Assembly (NCBI GenBank): GCA_044351265.1
Contig: JBILGC010000005.1
Coordinates: 8,162-72,161 of the forward strand
Reading direction: 5' to 3'
From: Bacteroidia bacterium
GTDB lineage: Bacteria; Bacteroidota; Bacteroidia; UKL13-3
Length of the DNA: 64,000 nt
The stretch's first letter is position 1. Each line of letters begins with the position of its first letter. Below the pieces are notes generated by a model, which was not told the origin of the DNA, did not search any database, and saw nothing but the letters and a program-made list of their open reading frames with translations. A program made the position numbers and the translations under genes. Shown piece by piece: positions 8,181 through 17,042 of this stretch.

Positions 8181-9073
8181 AGAATAATATTTGATATGAT
8201 GAGAGAAAGGAAATATAAATTTAATAAACTTGACGCAAGTACATTCATTCGCATAGTATGGGTAAAATCTGCATACTTTGTTTCTTTCCACACCTTGCTA
8301 AGCCAGTAAAAAAAATATATCAGCACAGGAGCAAGCACAAACTGAAGCAGCCAGAATTTCCATAAATTGTCCTGAAACCTAGTAAAGAACATAAGCATAG
8401 CAAGCACAAAGCAAATAGCAGTGAGTAAAAAAGTGCCGCGGTAGCCAAGCAGCATGCTTATGGTATTCACCCCATCTTTCCTGTCAGCCTCATGCTGATA
8501 GATTTGTGTAAGCGGATAAACACCGGCAATAAGCAGGGAGGAAATGCAACATCCGCTTAAATCAGGTTGCATGCCACCAACAGCGTAAAAAGTTAACATA
8601 TAAATCCATGCGCCCTGAAAAACCACTACCGTTAAAAACCCGGGAATTGCATATTGTTTGAGCCTGATTCCTCTGTAACTATAAGTACGTGAAGCAAGGA
8701 TATATATTGAAACGTAAAGTGCTGCTTTTAAATCAATCAGCAAGCTCATTAAAATAGCCATTGTATCCATGAGTGCAGTGAGATGAAAAACTTTTTTATC
8801 TGCTTTAGGTGGCTTTTTTAAGCCACCAATGGGTCCTTCATCTTGATCCATATAACTGTTGTAAGCATTGCTTGCTGGATAAATAAGCAGGTGAAGAATA
8901 AAAAACAGTAGTAGTGCACGATGTAATGAAATATGTTGGATACTGCTTAATGCAAATAAGAATACGGGCAGCAAAAAAAATGAAAAAGGCAAACGAAGCA
9001 GTTGTAAATTCTTGGCTGATATCATAAAGGGGAAAATACGATTTATTCTTAATGTTTGCTTAATAAATAACAT
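8177..9073 (-). CDS. UbiA-family aromatic prenyltransferase (integral membrane)
   Basis: Polytopic hydrophobic protein. First Asp-rich motif NAYNSYMDQDEG and second motif YQHEADRKDG are present. The true start may be the internal MISAKNLQLLRLP near 9025. Confidence 0.75.
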   Translation of the reverse strand: MLFIKQTLRINRIFPFMISAKNLQLLRLPFSFFLLPVFLFALSSIQHISLHRALLLFFILHLLIYPASNAYNSYMDQDEGPIGGLKKPPKADKKVFHLTALMDTMAILMSLLIDLKAALYVSIYILASRTYSYRGIRLKQYAIPGFLTVVVFQGAWIYMLTFYAVGGMQPDLSGCCISSLLIAGVYPLTQIYQHEADRKDGVNTISMLLGYRGTFLLTAICFVLAMLMFFTRFQDNLWKFWLLQFVLAPVLIYFFYWLSKVWKETKYADFTHTMRMNVLASSLLNLYFLSLIISNIIL

Positions 9074-9088
9074 TAAGAAAAAATTAAA
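9055..9088. promoter_or_regulatory. Perfect 11-bp inverted repeat TTCTTAATGTT-N12-AACATTAAGAA in the divergent intergenic leader (candidate operator)
   Basis: Seen in sequence. Lies between the UbiA-PKS operon start and the divergent response-regulator gene. Confidence 0.4.
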
Positions 9089-9186
9089 GAAGTCTGTTTA
9101 CATTGATTATAAAGGCTTTTAGGGCATTTTGTTTGCTGTTCATTCATAATAGGTGTGCTCTTACGAATAAAGCAAATAGGATTTTA

Positions 9187-9194
9187 TAACTTTG
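9187..9194 (+). promoter_or_regulatory. Candidate Bacteroidota -7 promoter element (TAACTTTG, TAnnTTTG-type) for the response regulator gene
   Basis: Fits the TAnnTTTG consensus 22 nt upstream of the ATG. No clean -33 TTTG was seen. Confidence 0.3.
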
Positions 9195-9216
9195 AATTGA
9201 TTAATAACACGCAACT

Positions 9217-9927
9217 ATGCAAAAGGAACAACAGCCACATATACTTTTAGTTGAAGATGAATCTACATTAGGATATTTTTTAAAGGAGCATCTTAAATTG
9301 GGAGGGTTCAAAGCCAATCTTTGTGTTGATGGTGAGGAAGGTTGGGAGACTTTTAAAACCGAGAAATTTGATTTATGTATTCTAGATGTAAACATGCCCA
9401 AGAAAAACGGTTATGAGCTTGCAAAAGATATACGAAGCATTAATCCTTATGTGCCTATTGTTTTTTTAACTGCCAATTCTGCGGAAGGAGATCGCATCAA
9501 AGGGTTTGAAATTGGAGCAGATGAGTATATAGTTAAGCCTTTTAGTCCGGAAGAGCTGTTGGCCCGTATTAGAGCTATTCTCAGGCGCACGCGATTTGCT
9601 CCGCCTGTTATTAATCCAAAGGAGGAAATTAGAAAAGTAGGAAGCCTCGAGGTTGATTTTATTAATCATACCATTACCATTAAAGGAAATCAAAAACGAA
9701 TGAGCACAACAGAAGCAGATTTGTTTAAACTTTTTATTGATAATAAAAATAATTTGCTCACCCGTAACTCTATACTTATCAATATTTGGGGGCGAGATGA
9801 CTATTATACGGCACGTAATCTGGATGTATATATTAATAAACTCAGAAAAATATTAAAGGAAGATCCTTTATTGGAAATTGTGAATATTCACGGTGCAGGC
9901 TTTAAACTTGTAGAAAATACTGCTTAG
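9217..9927 (+). CDS. OmpR/PhoB-type two-component response regulator (REC + winged-helix)
   Basis: REC features ILLVEDE..DLCILDVNMPKKNGYEL..K. C-terminal trans_reg_C-like ..YINKLRKIL... Confidence 0.85.
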   Translation: MQKEQQPHILLVEDESTLGYFLKEHLKLGGFKANLCVDGEEGWETFKTEKFDLCILDVNMPKKNGYELAKDIRSINPYVPIVFLTANSAEGDRIKGFEIGADEYIVKPFSPEELLARIRAILRRTRFAPPVINPKEEIRKVGSLEVDFINHTITIKGNQKRMSTTEADLFKLFIDNKNNLLTRNSILINIWGRDDYYTARNLDVYINKLRKILKEDPLLEIVNIHGAGFKLVENTA

Positions 9928-9932
9928 TAACT

Positions 9933-11981
9933 GTGAAACGCATTCTGCTTATATTTACCCTTATTGTATTTTGTTTCCGCCTGGGAATTACCCAGGGAAT
10001 TAATACCGATAGTTTAATTCAAATCACTCAGCAGGCCCCCGATAGGCAGAAGCAGCAGGCATTACAGGTACTTGTGCAATTTTATAAGAACAATGATCCC
10101 CAAACCGCTTTGCAGTATATAATGAAACTGGTGGAGCTAAATGAACGCTTGAATGATGATATTGCATTGGCAAAGGCTTACCAAAATGCAGGAATACTCA
10201 ACTTCAGGCTTGGTAATTTTGCACGGGCAAAGGAGTTTTATCTGTTAGCCCTCGATAAGTTTGTACAACAGAAAAATACAGATGCACAAAATGAAATCAA
10301 TGGTTATCTGGCTGCCGTTTATTATGCAACTGGGAATTTACCTCTTGCTGCTGATACGTATTTAAAAGTATTGCGCTATTACGAAGAAAAGAATGATAAA
10401 GCAGCACTACTCAATATTTTAACTTCTCTAGGAAGTATTTACTCCCGACTGAACAACTTCTCAAAAGCATTGGAATACAACTTACGTGCCTTGCGTATTT
10501 ATGAGGAATCATCTGACAAATTCAGAACACTCGTAGGATACGACAATATTGGCAATATTTATTTAAGGCAAGGAAACCTGCAAAAAGCGGGTGAGTTTTT
10601 TAACAAATCGCTTTTGGTATACAGAGAGCTGAATAATAAGGCAGGTGAAGCATCTACTTTATTTCAGCTTGGAAATATAGCCGATAAACAAAACGATGTG
10701 GAGGAAGCAATTGTATACTACCAAAAAGCAATTGATGTTGCAAAGGCTATTAAATCTCAGCCTATGCAAACCACCGCAGAACTTGCACTAGCCAATAATT
10801 TATTTAAAATAAAGCTTTACCAGCAGGCCATTACCTCATATCAAAATGTAATACGTTTGGCTAAACAACTTGAAATGAAAATTGAGTTGGAGGAGGCTTA
10901 TAGAGGAATTTCATTGGCCTATGCAGCGATTAAGCAGCAACAAAAGGCAACAACATTTGGTGAATTGAGCAGGGAGTTAAAGGATTCTTTATACAACGAC
11001 AGCAATATTAAAAAGCTTGCCGATTTACAGCTGGTGTATGAAACGGAAAAAAAACAACAGCAAATAGAATTGCTTTCAAAAGAGCAGCAACTGCAGGAGC
11101 TTGAATTAAAGCGTGAGCGAGAGTCGAAGAATTTCTGGGCTTATGCTTCAGTTGTGCTTGCCATTGTTTTTATGGTACTCATTTATTTCTCTATTCAAAA
11201 TAAACGTATTGCCAATAACCTTCGTAGGCAAAAGGAAGTACTTGAGCAGAAGAATAGAGAGGTGCTGGCGCAAAAAGAACAGCTCAATCAGTTAAATAAT
11301 GTTAAGGATCGTTTCTTTTCTATTATCTCACATGATTTAAGAAATAACCTTGCCACCATGAAGTTGTATTTTGATTTAATCAGCCATCCCAATTATAAGC
11401 CTACTGATCATTCAGAAGCAACCAAGCAAATATCAGCTTCAGTTGAAAACACCATCGATTTGCTGGAGAACTTGCTTGTATGGGCTTCTGCGCAAATAAA
11501 GGGAGTGCCTATTCATATACAGAAGCTACATTTACACTCACTTATACAGGGAAATATCAATTTACTTCAAGGTAATGCCCACCAGAAAAAAATCAGTATA
11601 CAAAACAATGCAGATGAGCAGGCCAGCGCAATGGGTGATATGGATATGATTCATTTGGTTTTACGTAATTTAATTTCCAACGCAATTAAGTTTACAAACG
11701 ATGGTGGCACAATTCAAATTAGCAGTGAAGAAAGAAATGGCAAACAAATCATCTGTATTCAAGATAATGGAGTAGGTATAAGCAAAGAAAATTTATCAAA
11801 ACTATTTGATCAGCATTTGCATCCCAGCACCAAAGGAACTGGTAATGAAAAAGGAACCGGATTAGGGCTAATGCTTTGTAAAGATTTTATGATGCGTAAC
11901 CAAGGCTCTATCAGAGTGGAGAGTGAAAAAGGCAAGGGTGCGTCATTTTATATTGAGCTACCTATAGTGGGTAAATTGTAA
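9933..11981 (+). CDS. TPR-repeat sensor histidine kinase
   Basis: N-terminal signal, multiple TPR-like repeats, a single TM (FWAYASVVLAIVFMVLIYFSI), a coiled coil, H-box FSIISHDLRNNL, and an HATPase_c G-box (GTGLGLMLCKDF). Confidence 0.85.
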   Translation: MKRILLIFTLIVFCFRLGITQGINTDSLIQITQQAPDRQKQQALQVLVQFYKNNDPQTALQYIMKLVELNERLNDDIALAKAYQNAGILNFRLGNFARAKEFYLLALDKFVQQKNTDAQNEINGYLAAVYYATGNLPLAADTYLKVLRYYEEKNDKAALLNILTSLGSIYSRLNNFSKALEYNLRALRIYEESSDKFRTLVGYDNIGNIYLRQGNLQKAGEFFNKSLLVYRELNNKAGEASTLFQLGNIADKQNDVEEAIVYYQKAIDVAKAIKSQPMQTTAELALANNLFKIKLYQQAITSYQNVIRLAKQLEMKIELEEAYRGISLAYAAIKQQQKATTFGELSRELKDSLYNDSNIKKLADLQLVYETEKKQQQIELLSKEQQLQELELKRERESKNFWAYASVVLAIVFMVLIYFSIQNKRIANNLRRQKEVLEQKNREVLAQKEQLNQLNNVKDRFFSIISHDLRNNLATMKLYFDLISHPNYKPTDHSEATKQISASVENTIDLLENLLVWASAQIKGVPIHIQKLHLHSLIQGNINLLQGNAHQKKISIQNNADEQASAMGDMDMIHLVLRNLISNAIKFTNDGGTIQISSEERNGKQIICIQDNGVGISKENLSKLFDQHLHPSTKGTGNEKGTGLGLMLCKDFMMRNQGSIRVESEKGKGASFYIELPIVGKL

Positions 11982-11986
11982 AACGT

Positions 11987-12526
11987 TTATTTTTTCTTCA
12001 TAAGTGGAACATTGCTGCATGCCTCACCATACATTATGCTTTTTGCATAAGGAGCAAGTTTGTGTGTAATTTCAACATATGCACTTACAGGCACAGGTAT
12101 TTCTCCGCAACCTTTAACAATAACCCTGGCATCTTGCAATGCTTCTAAATTAATTTTATTTAGTGCATCGGTAAACAAAGCCCATTCTAATGTTTGTAAA
12201 TTTCCGAATACATAACGGTTTGCAAACGGCTCGGCAGCTACCGCAAGTAACATATAGGCCCATGTTGGTATAATGGCATCTGCACTGCAAGTGAAAGCAA
12301 TATTTTTTCCTGTATATTGGCTCCAGTTGTGTTGCTTTACGCGCTCTCTGAAATCTTTTTCTTTTAATATTGCTTCTCTGAAAAGCCAGGGCTTAATATC
12401 AAACAACAAACGCTCGCCCGGATGATAATAGGTTTCCAGATCAATGGTAATTAATCCGCTATTCGCCACACGGTTTTCTATGGGTTTTATTTCCGATTCC
12501 ATAGGTGCAAAGATACCAAAAAGCAA
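11987..12526 (-). CDS. Conserved hypothetical protein (possibly DUF2480-like)
   Basis: 179-aa ORF with no overlap. The family assignment is from memory only. Confidence 0.45.
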   Translation of the reverse strand: MLFGIFAPMESEIKPIENRVANSGLITIDLETYYHPGERLLFDIKPWLFREAILKEKDFRERVKQHNWSQYTGKNIAFTCSADAIIPTWAYMLLAVAAEPFANRYVFGNLQTLEWALFTDALNKINLEALQDARVIVKGCGEIPVPVSAYVEITHKLAPYAKSIMYGEACSNVPLMKKK

Positions 12527-12540
12527 TAAGCTAAGGCAGC

Positions 12541-14673
12541 TTACTTAACTTCCGCTTGCAAGTTCCAAAGCACAAAGCCCCAGAAATCAGCCGCATCTTC
12601 AACCAATTTGGCAGTGGGTTTGCCTGCACCATGACCGGCCTTGCTGTCAATTCTGATAAGCACCGGATTTCCATTTTTAGCTTGCTTGGTTTGTAACTCG
12701 GCAGCAAATTTAAAACTGTGGGCAGGTACCACACGGTCATCATGGTCTGCTGTCATAATCATTGTTGCCGGGTAGTTTATACCGGCTTTTACATTGTGCA
12801 GAGGGGAGTATTTAATCAGGTAATCAAATTGCTCTTTCCGCTCACAGCTTCCATACTCAACCGCCCAGCCCCAGCCAATGGTAAATTTGTGGTAGCGCAG
12901 CATATCCAACACACCTACTGCAGGAATGGCTACTTTAAATAAATCCGGTCGTTGGGTCATACAAGCACCTACGAGCAAGCCACCGTTGCTGCCCCCATTG
13001 ATTGCAAGTTTAGCTGATGAGGTATATTTTTCATGAATCAAATATTCTGCTGCAGCAATAAAATCATCAAATACATTTTGTTTTTTATCCAGCATGCCTG
13101 CTTTGTGCCAATCTTCGCCATACTCGCCTCCACCTCTTAAATTGGCAATAGCATATACACCACCTTGTTCTAAAAACATCATGCGTGAAATGCTGAAGGA
13201 AGGGGTTAGGCTTATGTTAAAACCTCCGTAACCATATAACAAAGTTGGGTTGTTACCATTAAGGGTAATACCTTTTTTATGCATAATAAACATAGGAATT
13301 TTTGTTCCATCTTTTGACGGATAAAAAATCTGTTTGGTTTCATACATCGATTCATCAAAAGCCAATTCTGTTTTTCTGAATAGTTCTGACTTCCCTGTGC
13401 TTATATCATAATGATAAATCTCACCGGGATTGGTAAACGAGGTAAACGTATAAAAGGCTTCTGTATCTTCCGCTTTGCCTGAAATGCCGCTTGCTGTGCC
13501 AATTCCGGATAATGTAATTTCGGTTTTATTTTCTCCGTTCAAATCAAATCGATACAAGCGTATGCTTGCATCTTTCAGATAGTTGGCAAATAATTGACCT
13601 CCACAGGTGGAGGCACCTTCCAGCAAATCGGCAGTTTGCGGAATAACATCTTTCCAGTTTTGAGGTTCCGGTTTTAATGGGTCTACTTCAACTAACCGGT
13701 AACGCGGTGCATCCTTATCTGTAATGGCCAGTATTTTGTCGCCTACATTATTAATTACTGAGTAATTGTTTTCAAAACCTTTAAACAATGTTCTAAACGA
13801 TTTTTCATTTTTGGTTAAATCCTGAATCAGTATTTCAGATCCGGAGGTTCCCTCGCTAACGCTAATAATCATAAAGCGCTCATCTTCTGTTATGCCGGCA
13901 TTGAAATAGCGCAACGGGTGAGCCTTATCTTCATAAACTAGCTTGTCTTCCGATTGTGGTTTCCCTATTTCATGGTAATAAATTTTCATGTACTCATTGG
14001 CATTGCTAAATTCTTTGCCTTTACCGGGCTCATCATACCTGCTATAATAAAATCCGTTTTTATACCAGGTTGCACCGCTGAATTTAACCCACTGAATCAG
14101 GTCGGTTGTTTTTTCTTTGCTTGCTACATTCATCACAAATATCTCATTCCAGTCGCTGCCACTTTTGGCAATGCCCACTGCACAATATTGGTGGTCTTTA
14201 CTAAAAGTAAAACTTGCCAAAGAAACGGTTCCGTCTTCACTTAGTTTGTTGGGATCTAAGAATATTTCAGGTTCTCCTTTTAGCCCCTGCTGACGATAAA
14301 GCACGCTTTGGTTTTGCAAACCATTATTTTTAAAGAAATAGTAATAGTTACCTTCTTTAAACGGAGCTGAATATTTTGGATAGTCCCATATTTGGGTAAG
14401 CCTTTTTTTAAGCTGATCGCGGTAAGGTATTTGTGAAAGATAGTTTTTTGTAACATCATTTTGCGCTTTAACCCAGGCTTCCACATCGGCAGCTGTATCA
14501 TTCTCTAGCCAGCGGTAGGGGTCGGCAATCGTTGTTCCGAAATAATGATCACTTACATTCTCTTTTTTGCTTTCAGGGTAAGGCTTCATGGCGATTTTTA
14601 GTTGTTCTTTTTTCCCGCATGCAATGACTAACGTCATCAGGGTAATAAAGGTTATATTCTTCATTGTATTCAT
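12541..14673 (-). CDS. Prolyl oligopeptidase (S9A family) lipoprotein
   Basis: Serine nucleophile motif GGSNGGLLVG, the beta-propeller plus peptidase architecture, and a lipoprotein signal (LVIACG). Start taken at MNTMKNIT. Confidence 0.85.
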   Translation of the reverse strand: MNTMKNITFITLMTLVIACGKKEQLKIAMKPYPESKKENVSDHYFGTTIADPYRWLENDTAADVEAWVKAQNDVTKNYLSQIPYRDQLKKRLTQIWDYPKYSAPFKEGNYYYFFKNNGLQNQSVLYRQQGLKGEPEIFLDPNKLSEDGTVSLASFTFSKDHQYCAVGIAKSGSDWNEIFVMNVASKEKTTDLIQWVKFSGATWYKNGFYYSRYDEPGKGKEFSNANEYMKIYYHEIGKPQSEDKLVYEDKAHPLRYFNAGITEDERFMIISVSEGTSGSEILIQDLTKNEKSFRTLFKGFENNYSVINNVGDKILAITDKDAPRYRLVEVDPLKPEPQNWKDVIPQTADLLEGASTCGGQLFANYLKDASIRLYRFDLNGENKTEITLSGIGTASGISGKAEDTEAFYTFTSFTNPGEIYHYDISTGKSELFRKTELAFDESMYETKQIFYPSKDGTKIPMFIMHKKGITLNGNNPTLLYGYGGFNISLTPSFSISRMMFLEQGGVYAIANLRGGGEYGEDWHKAGMLDKKQNVFDDFIAAAEYLIHEKYTSSAKLAINGGSNGGLLVGACMTQRPDLFKVAIPAVGVLDMLRYHKFTIGWGWAVEYGSCERKEQFDYLIKYSPLHNVKAGINYPATMIMTADHDDRVVPAHSFKFAAELQTKQAKNGNPVLIRIDSKAGHGAGKPTAKLVEDAADFWGFVLWNLQAEVK

Positions 14674-14730
14674 AATTTCTAAATTCAAAAATACCTGATG
14701 CGAAAAAAATAGCATCACCGCTTATCAAAA

Positions 14731-15345
14731 TTACATTAAATGCAATAGATGGGTAACATCATTAGCACGAATCAGATGGTTTTCTTCAGCATTTATATGC
14801 ACCTCATATAAACAAAGGTTACGGTGTTGAAATTGCTCCATCTTTGTTAATGACTGATTGAGCAGCAAGCATAAGAAGCTCTTCATAGCTCGTCCGTGCA
14901 TGCAAATCAGAATTTCAGATTCAGGTAGATTTAATATCAGATTCAAGGCACGCTCTTGCCTCTGCTGCATTTCAAAAGGACTCTCACCATTAGGAATTTT
15001 GGCGTGCAAATCTCCATTATTCCAATTGTTAATCATTTCCCAATATATGGCTTTTTGTTCAGGAGTTTGCTGCTTGCCTTCAAAGTCTCCCCAGCTAATT
15101 TCGTTTAACTCCGGCAACATGGTATGTGGTATTCCTTTCTCTATGAATGAGGCAACGCTCTGCCGACTTCTTTTTAGTGCCGAAGTAAAAACATGCTCAA
15201 AAGGGTAATGCTGATATGATTGATAAAACGCCTGTGCCTGCTTTATACCTAACTCATTCAGGTTAGTATCTACTCCGCTACCCTGAACAATATTCTGGCG
15301 GTTAAACTCTGTTTCACCATGTCTTACTATAAACAGTTTTTTCAT
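14731..15345 (-). CDS. Histidine phosphatase family protein (phosphoglycerate mutase-like)
   Basis: RHGETEFN catalytic motif at the N-terminus. Start taken at MKKLFIVRHGE. Confidence 0.8.
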   Translation of the reverse strand: MKKLFIVRHGETEFNRQNIVQGSGVDTNLNELGIKQAQAFYQSYQHYPFEHVFTSALKRSRQSVASFIEKGIPHTMLPELNEISWGDFEGKQQTPEQKAIYWEMINNWNNGDLHAKIPNGESPFEMQQRQERALNLILNLPESEILICMHGRAMKSFLCLLLNQSLTKMEQFQHRNLCLYEVHINAEENHLIRANDVTHLLHLM

Positions 15346-15532
15346 GCTTTGTGAGTATACCATCTGTGTTAACTTACACTGTTATGGTGGTGCAGCAAAT
15401 ATAGCAAAGGTTTAGCATGCTCCATCATTGGTTTGTGAAAGGTATACTTGGGATTACTCCCCCGCAATAATTTAAATGTGGCAGTCCGGTTTGGTAGTGT
15501 TATTTTATTATTTTGCACACAAATTTATTTAT

Positions 15533-15994
15533 ATGTCGGTTTTTAAAGCAGATGGTGTTACGCTGGAAGCCATAAATAAGAGAAATGAGAATACAATGGC
15601 CCAATGGATAGGTATTGAGTTTACCGAATTGGGTGTGGACTATCTGAAGGCACGGATGCCTGTCGACCATCGAACAGTTCAGCCGTTGCGTTTGGTGAAT
15701 GGAGGTGCATATTGTGCGCTTGCTGAAACTGTGGGAAGCATGGCAGGTAATTTGTGTATAGACCGCGATAGATATGTTGCACTTGGTCTGGACATTAATG
15801 CTAATCATGTGCGCTCAGCATCTAAGGGCTTTGTTCATGGTACGGCAAAACCAATTCACTTAGGACGCACCACTCAAGTGTGGGAAATTCGTATAACTGA
15901 TGATGAGGATAAGTTATGTTGCATAAGCCGCCTAACCATGTCGGTAATAGAAATTAAACATGATAACCGAGGATTTAATCCGCCAAAGGTTTAA
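15533..15994 (+). CDS. PaaI-type hotdog thioesterase (likely 1,4-dihydroxy-2-naphthoyl-CoA hydrolase)
   Basis: Hotdog-fold motifs NTMAQWIGIEFTELG and VNGGAYCALAETVGS. Sits directly upstream of menF, as in Bacteroides menaquinone loci. Confidence 0.7.
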   Translation: MSVFKADGVTLEAINKRNENTMAQWIGIEFTELGVDYLKARMPVDHRTVQPLRLVNGGAYCALAETVGSMAGNLCIDRDRYVALGLDINANHVRSASKGFVHGTAKPIHLGRTTQVWEIRITDDEDKLCCISRLTMSVIEIKHDNRGFNPPKV

Positions 15995-17042
15995 ACAGGG
16001 CGAGCAATTTAATTTTGCTGTATGCAGGTTGCCCTTCTCAGATACGGTATACTTTTTTTATTCTGATAGGCCTTGCAAACTCGCGCGTTTGCAATATGAA
16101 ACCAACTCAATAACAGATTTTGTTTTTTCACCTTATGCTGCCGGTAACCAGGCTTATCATATGCAGGCCAATCTCATATATAAAAATGATGCGCCTGTTT
16201 ATGGATTGGATGCAAAACTCACACCGATAGATAAACCAATATCTAACACGTATAATTTTGAGGCTGACGAGAATTTTTACAAAGAATACGTTTCTGATAT
16301 CATCACAGACATCGAAAAAGAGCATACAGATAAAATTGTAGCAGCCCGCGTATTGCGAAGTGCATTGCCTGATTCATTCAGCCATTCAAATTTTTTCTTT
16401 AAATTATTGCAGCACTATCCTCATGCAATGGTTTATTATGTAAATCATGCTGAGTGGGGATGTTGGTGCGGAGCTACACCTGAAATGTTGCTAACAGCAA
16501 CTGAAAACAAGTTGCAAACTATGTCGCTTGCAGGAACTATGCCAGCGCACTCTAATGAAGCTTGGGGAGAAAAGGAGCTGCAGGAGCAAGCTATGGTAAC
16601 CGATTTTATTGAACAGATTTTTGAAAAATATCAGCTTACTTTTCAGATAAATCAAACAAGTGAGTTGGTTTTAGGAAAAATTAAACATCTGTGTACACAA
16701 CTTGAATCGAAAACTGATGAGGAATGGCTCACCAAAAAATTTCATAAGTTGCTGGCTGAGTTAAATCCAACGCCTGCCGTTTGCGGCATACCTCAATTCA
16801 ATGCATCTGTTTTTATAGGCAAGCACGAAAAGCTTGAACGCAGGTTTTATAGTGGTTTTTTAGGAATTAGTGCGCCTAAGCATATTCAGTTATATGTTAA
16901 TTTGCGTTGCATGGAAATAGGCCTGCAAGATGCTTTATTATATGCCGGGGCAGGAATAACAGCTTATTCCTCCCCGACAAAAGAGTGGCAGGAAACCATC
17001 AATAAATTAATGGTTTTGGGCAGTATGATTAATGACGAATAA
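15960..17042 (+). CDS. menF: Isochorismate synthase
   Basis: Chorismate-binding enzyme C-terminal signature ..FYSGFLGISAPK..LRCMEIG..AGAGIT... The annotated start overlaps the thioesterase by 35 nt. Confidence 0.8.
   Translation: MITEDLIRQRFKQGEQFNFAVCRLPFSDTVYFFYSDRPCKLARLQYETNSITDFVFSPYAAGNQAYHMQANLIYKNDAPVYGLDAKLTPIDKPISNTYNFEADENFYKEYVSDIITDIEKEHTDKIVAARVLRSALPDSFSHSNFFFKLLQHYPHAMVYYVNHAEWGCWCGATPEMLLTATENKLQTMSLAGTMPAHSNEAWGEKELQEQAMVTDFIEQIFEKYQLTFQINQTSELVLGKIKHLCTQLESKTDEEWLTKKFHKLLAELNPTPAVCGIPQFNASVFIGKHEKLERRFYSGFLGISAPKHIQLYVNLRCMEIGLQDALLYAGAGITAYSSPTKEWQETINKLMVLGSMINDE

Noticed and set aside
11975-12000. The short palindrome AAACGTTT at the convergent HK/DUF2480 gene ends, as a possible terminator
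   Set aside because: It gives only a 4-bp stem and overlaps both stop codons. This is too weak to call.
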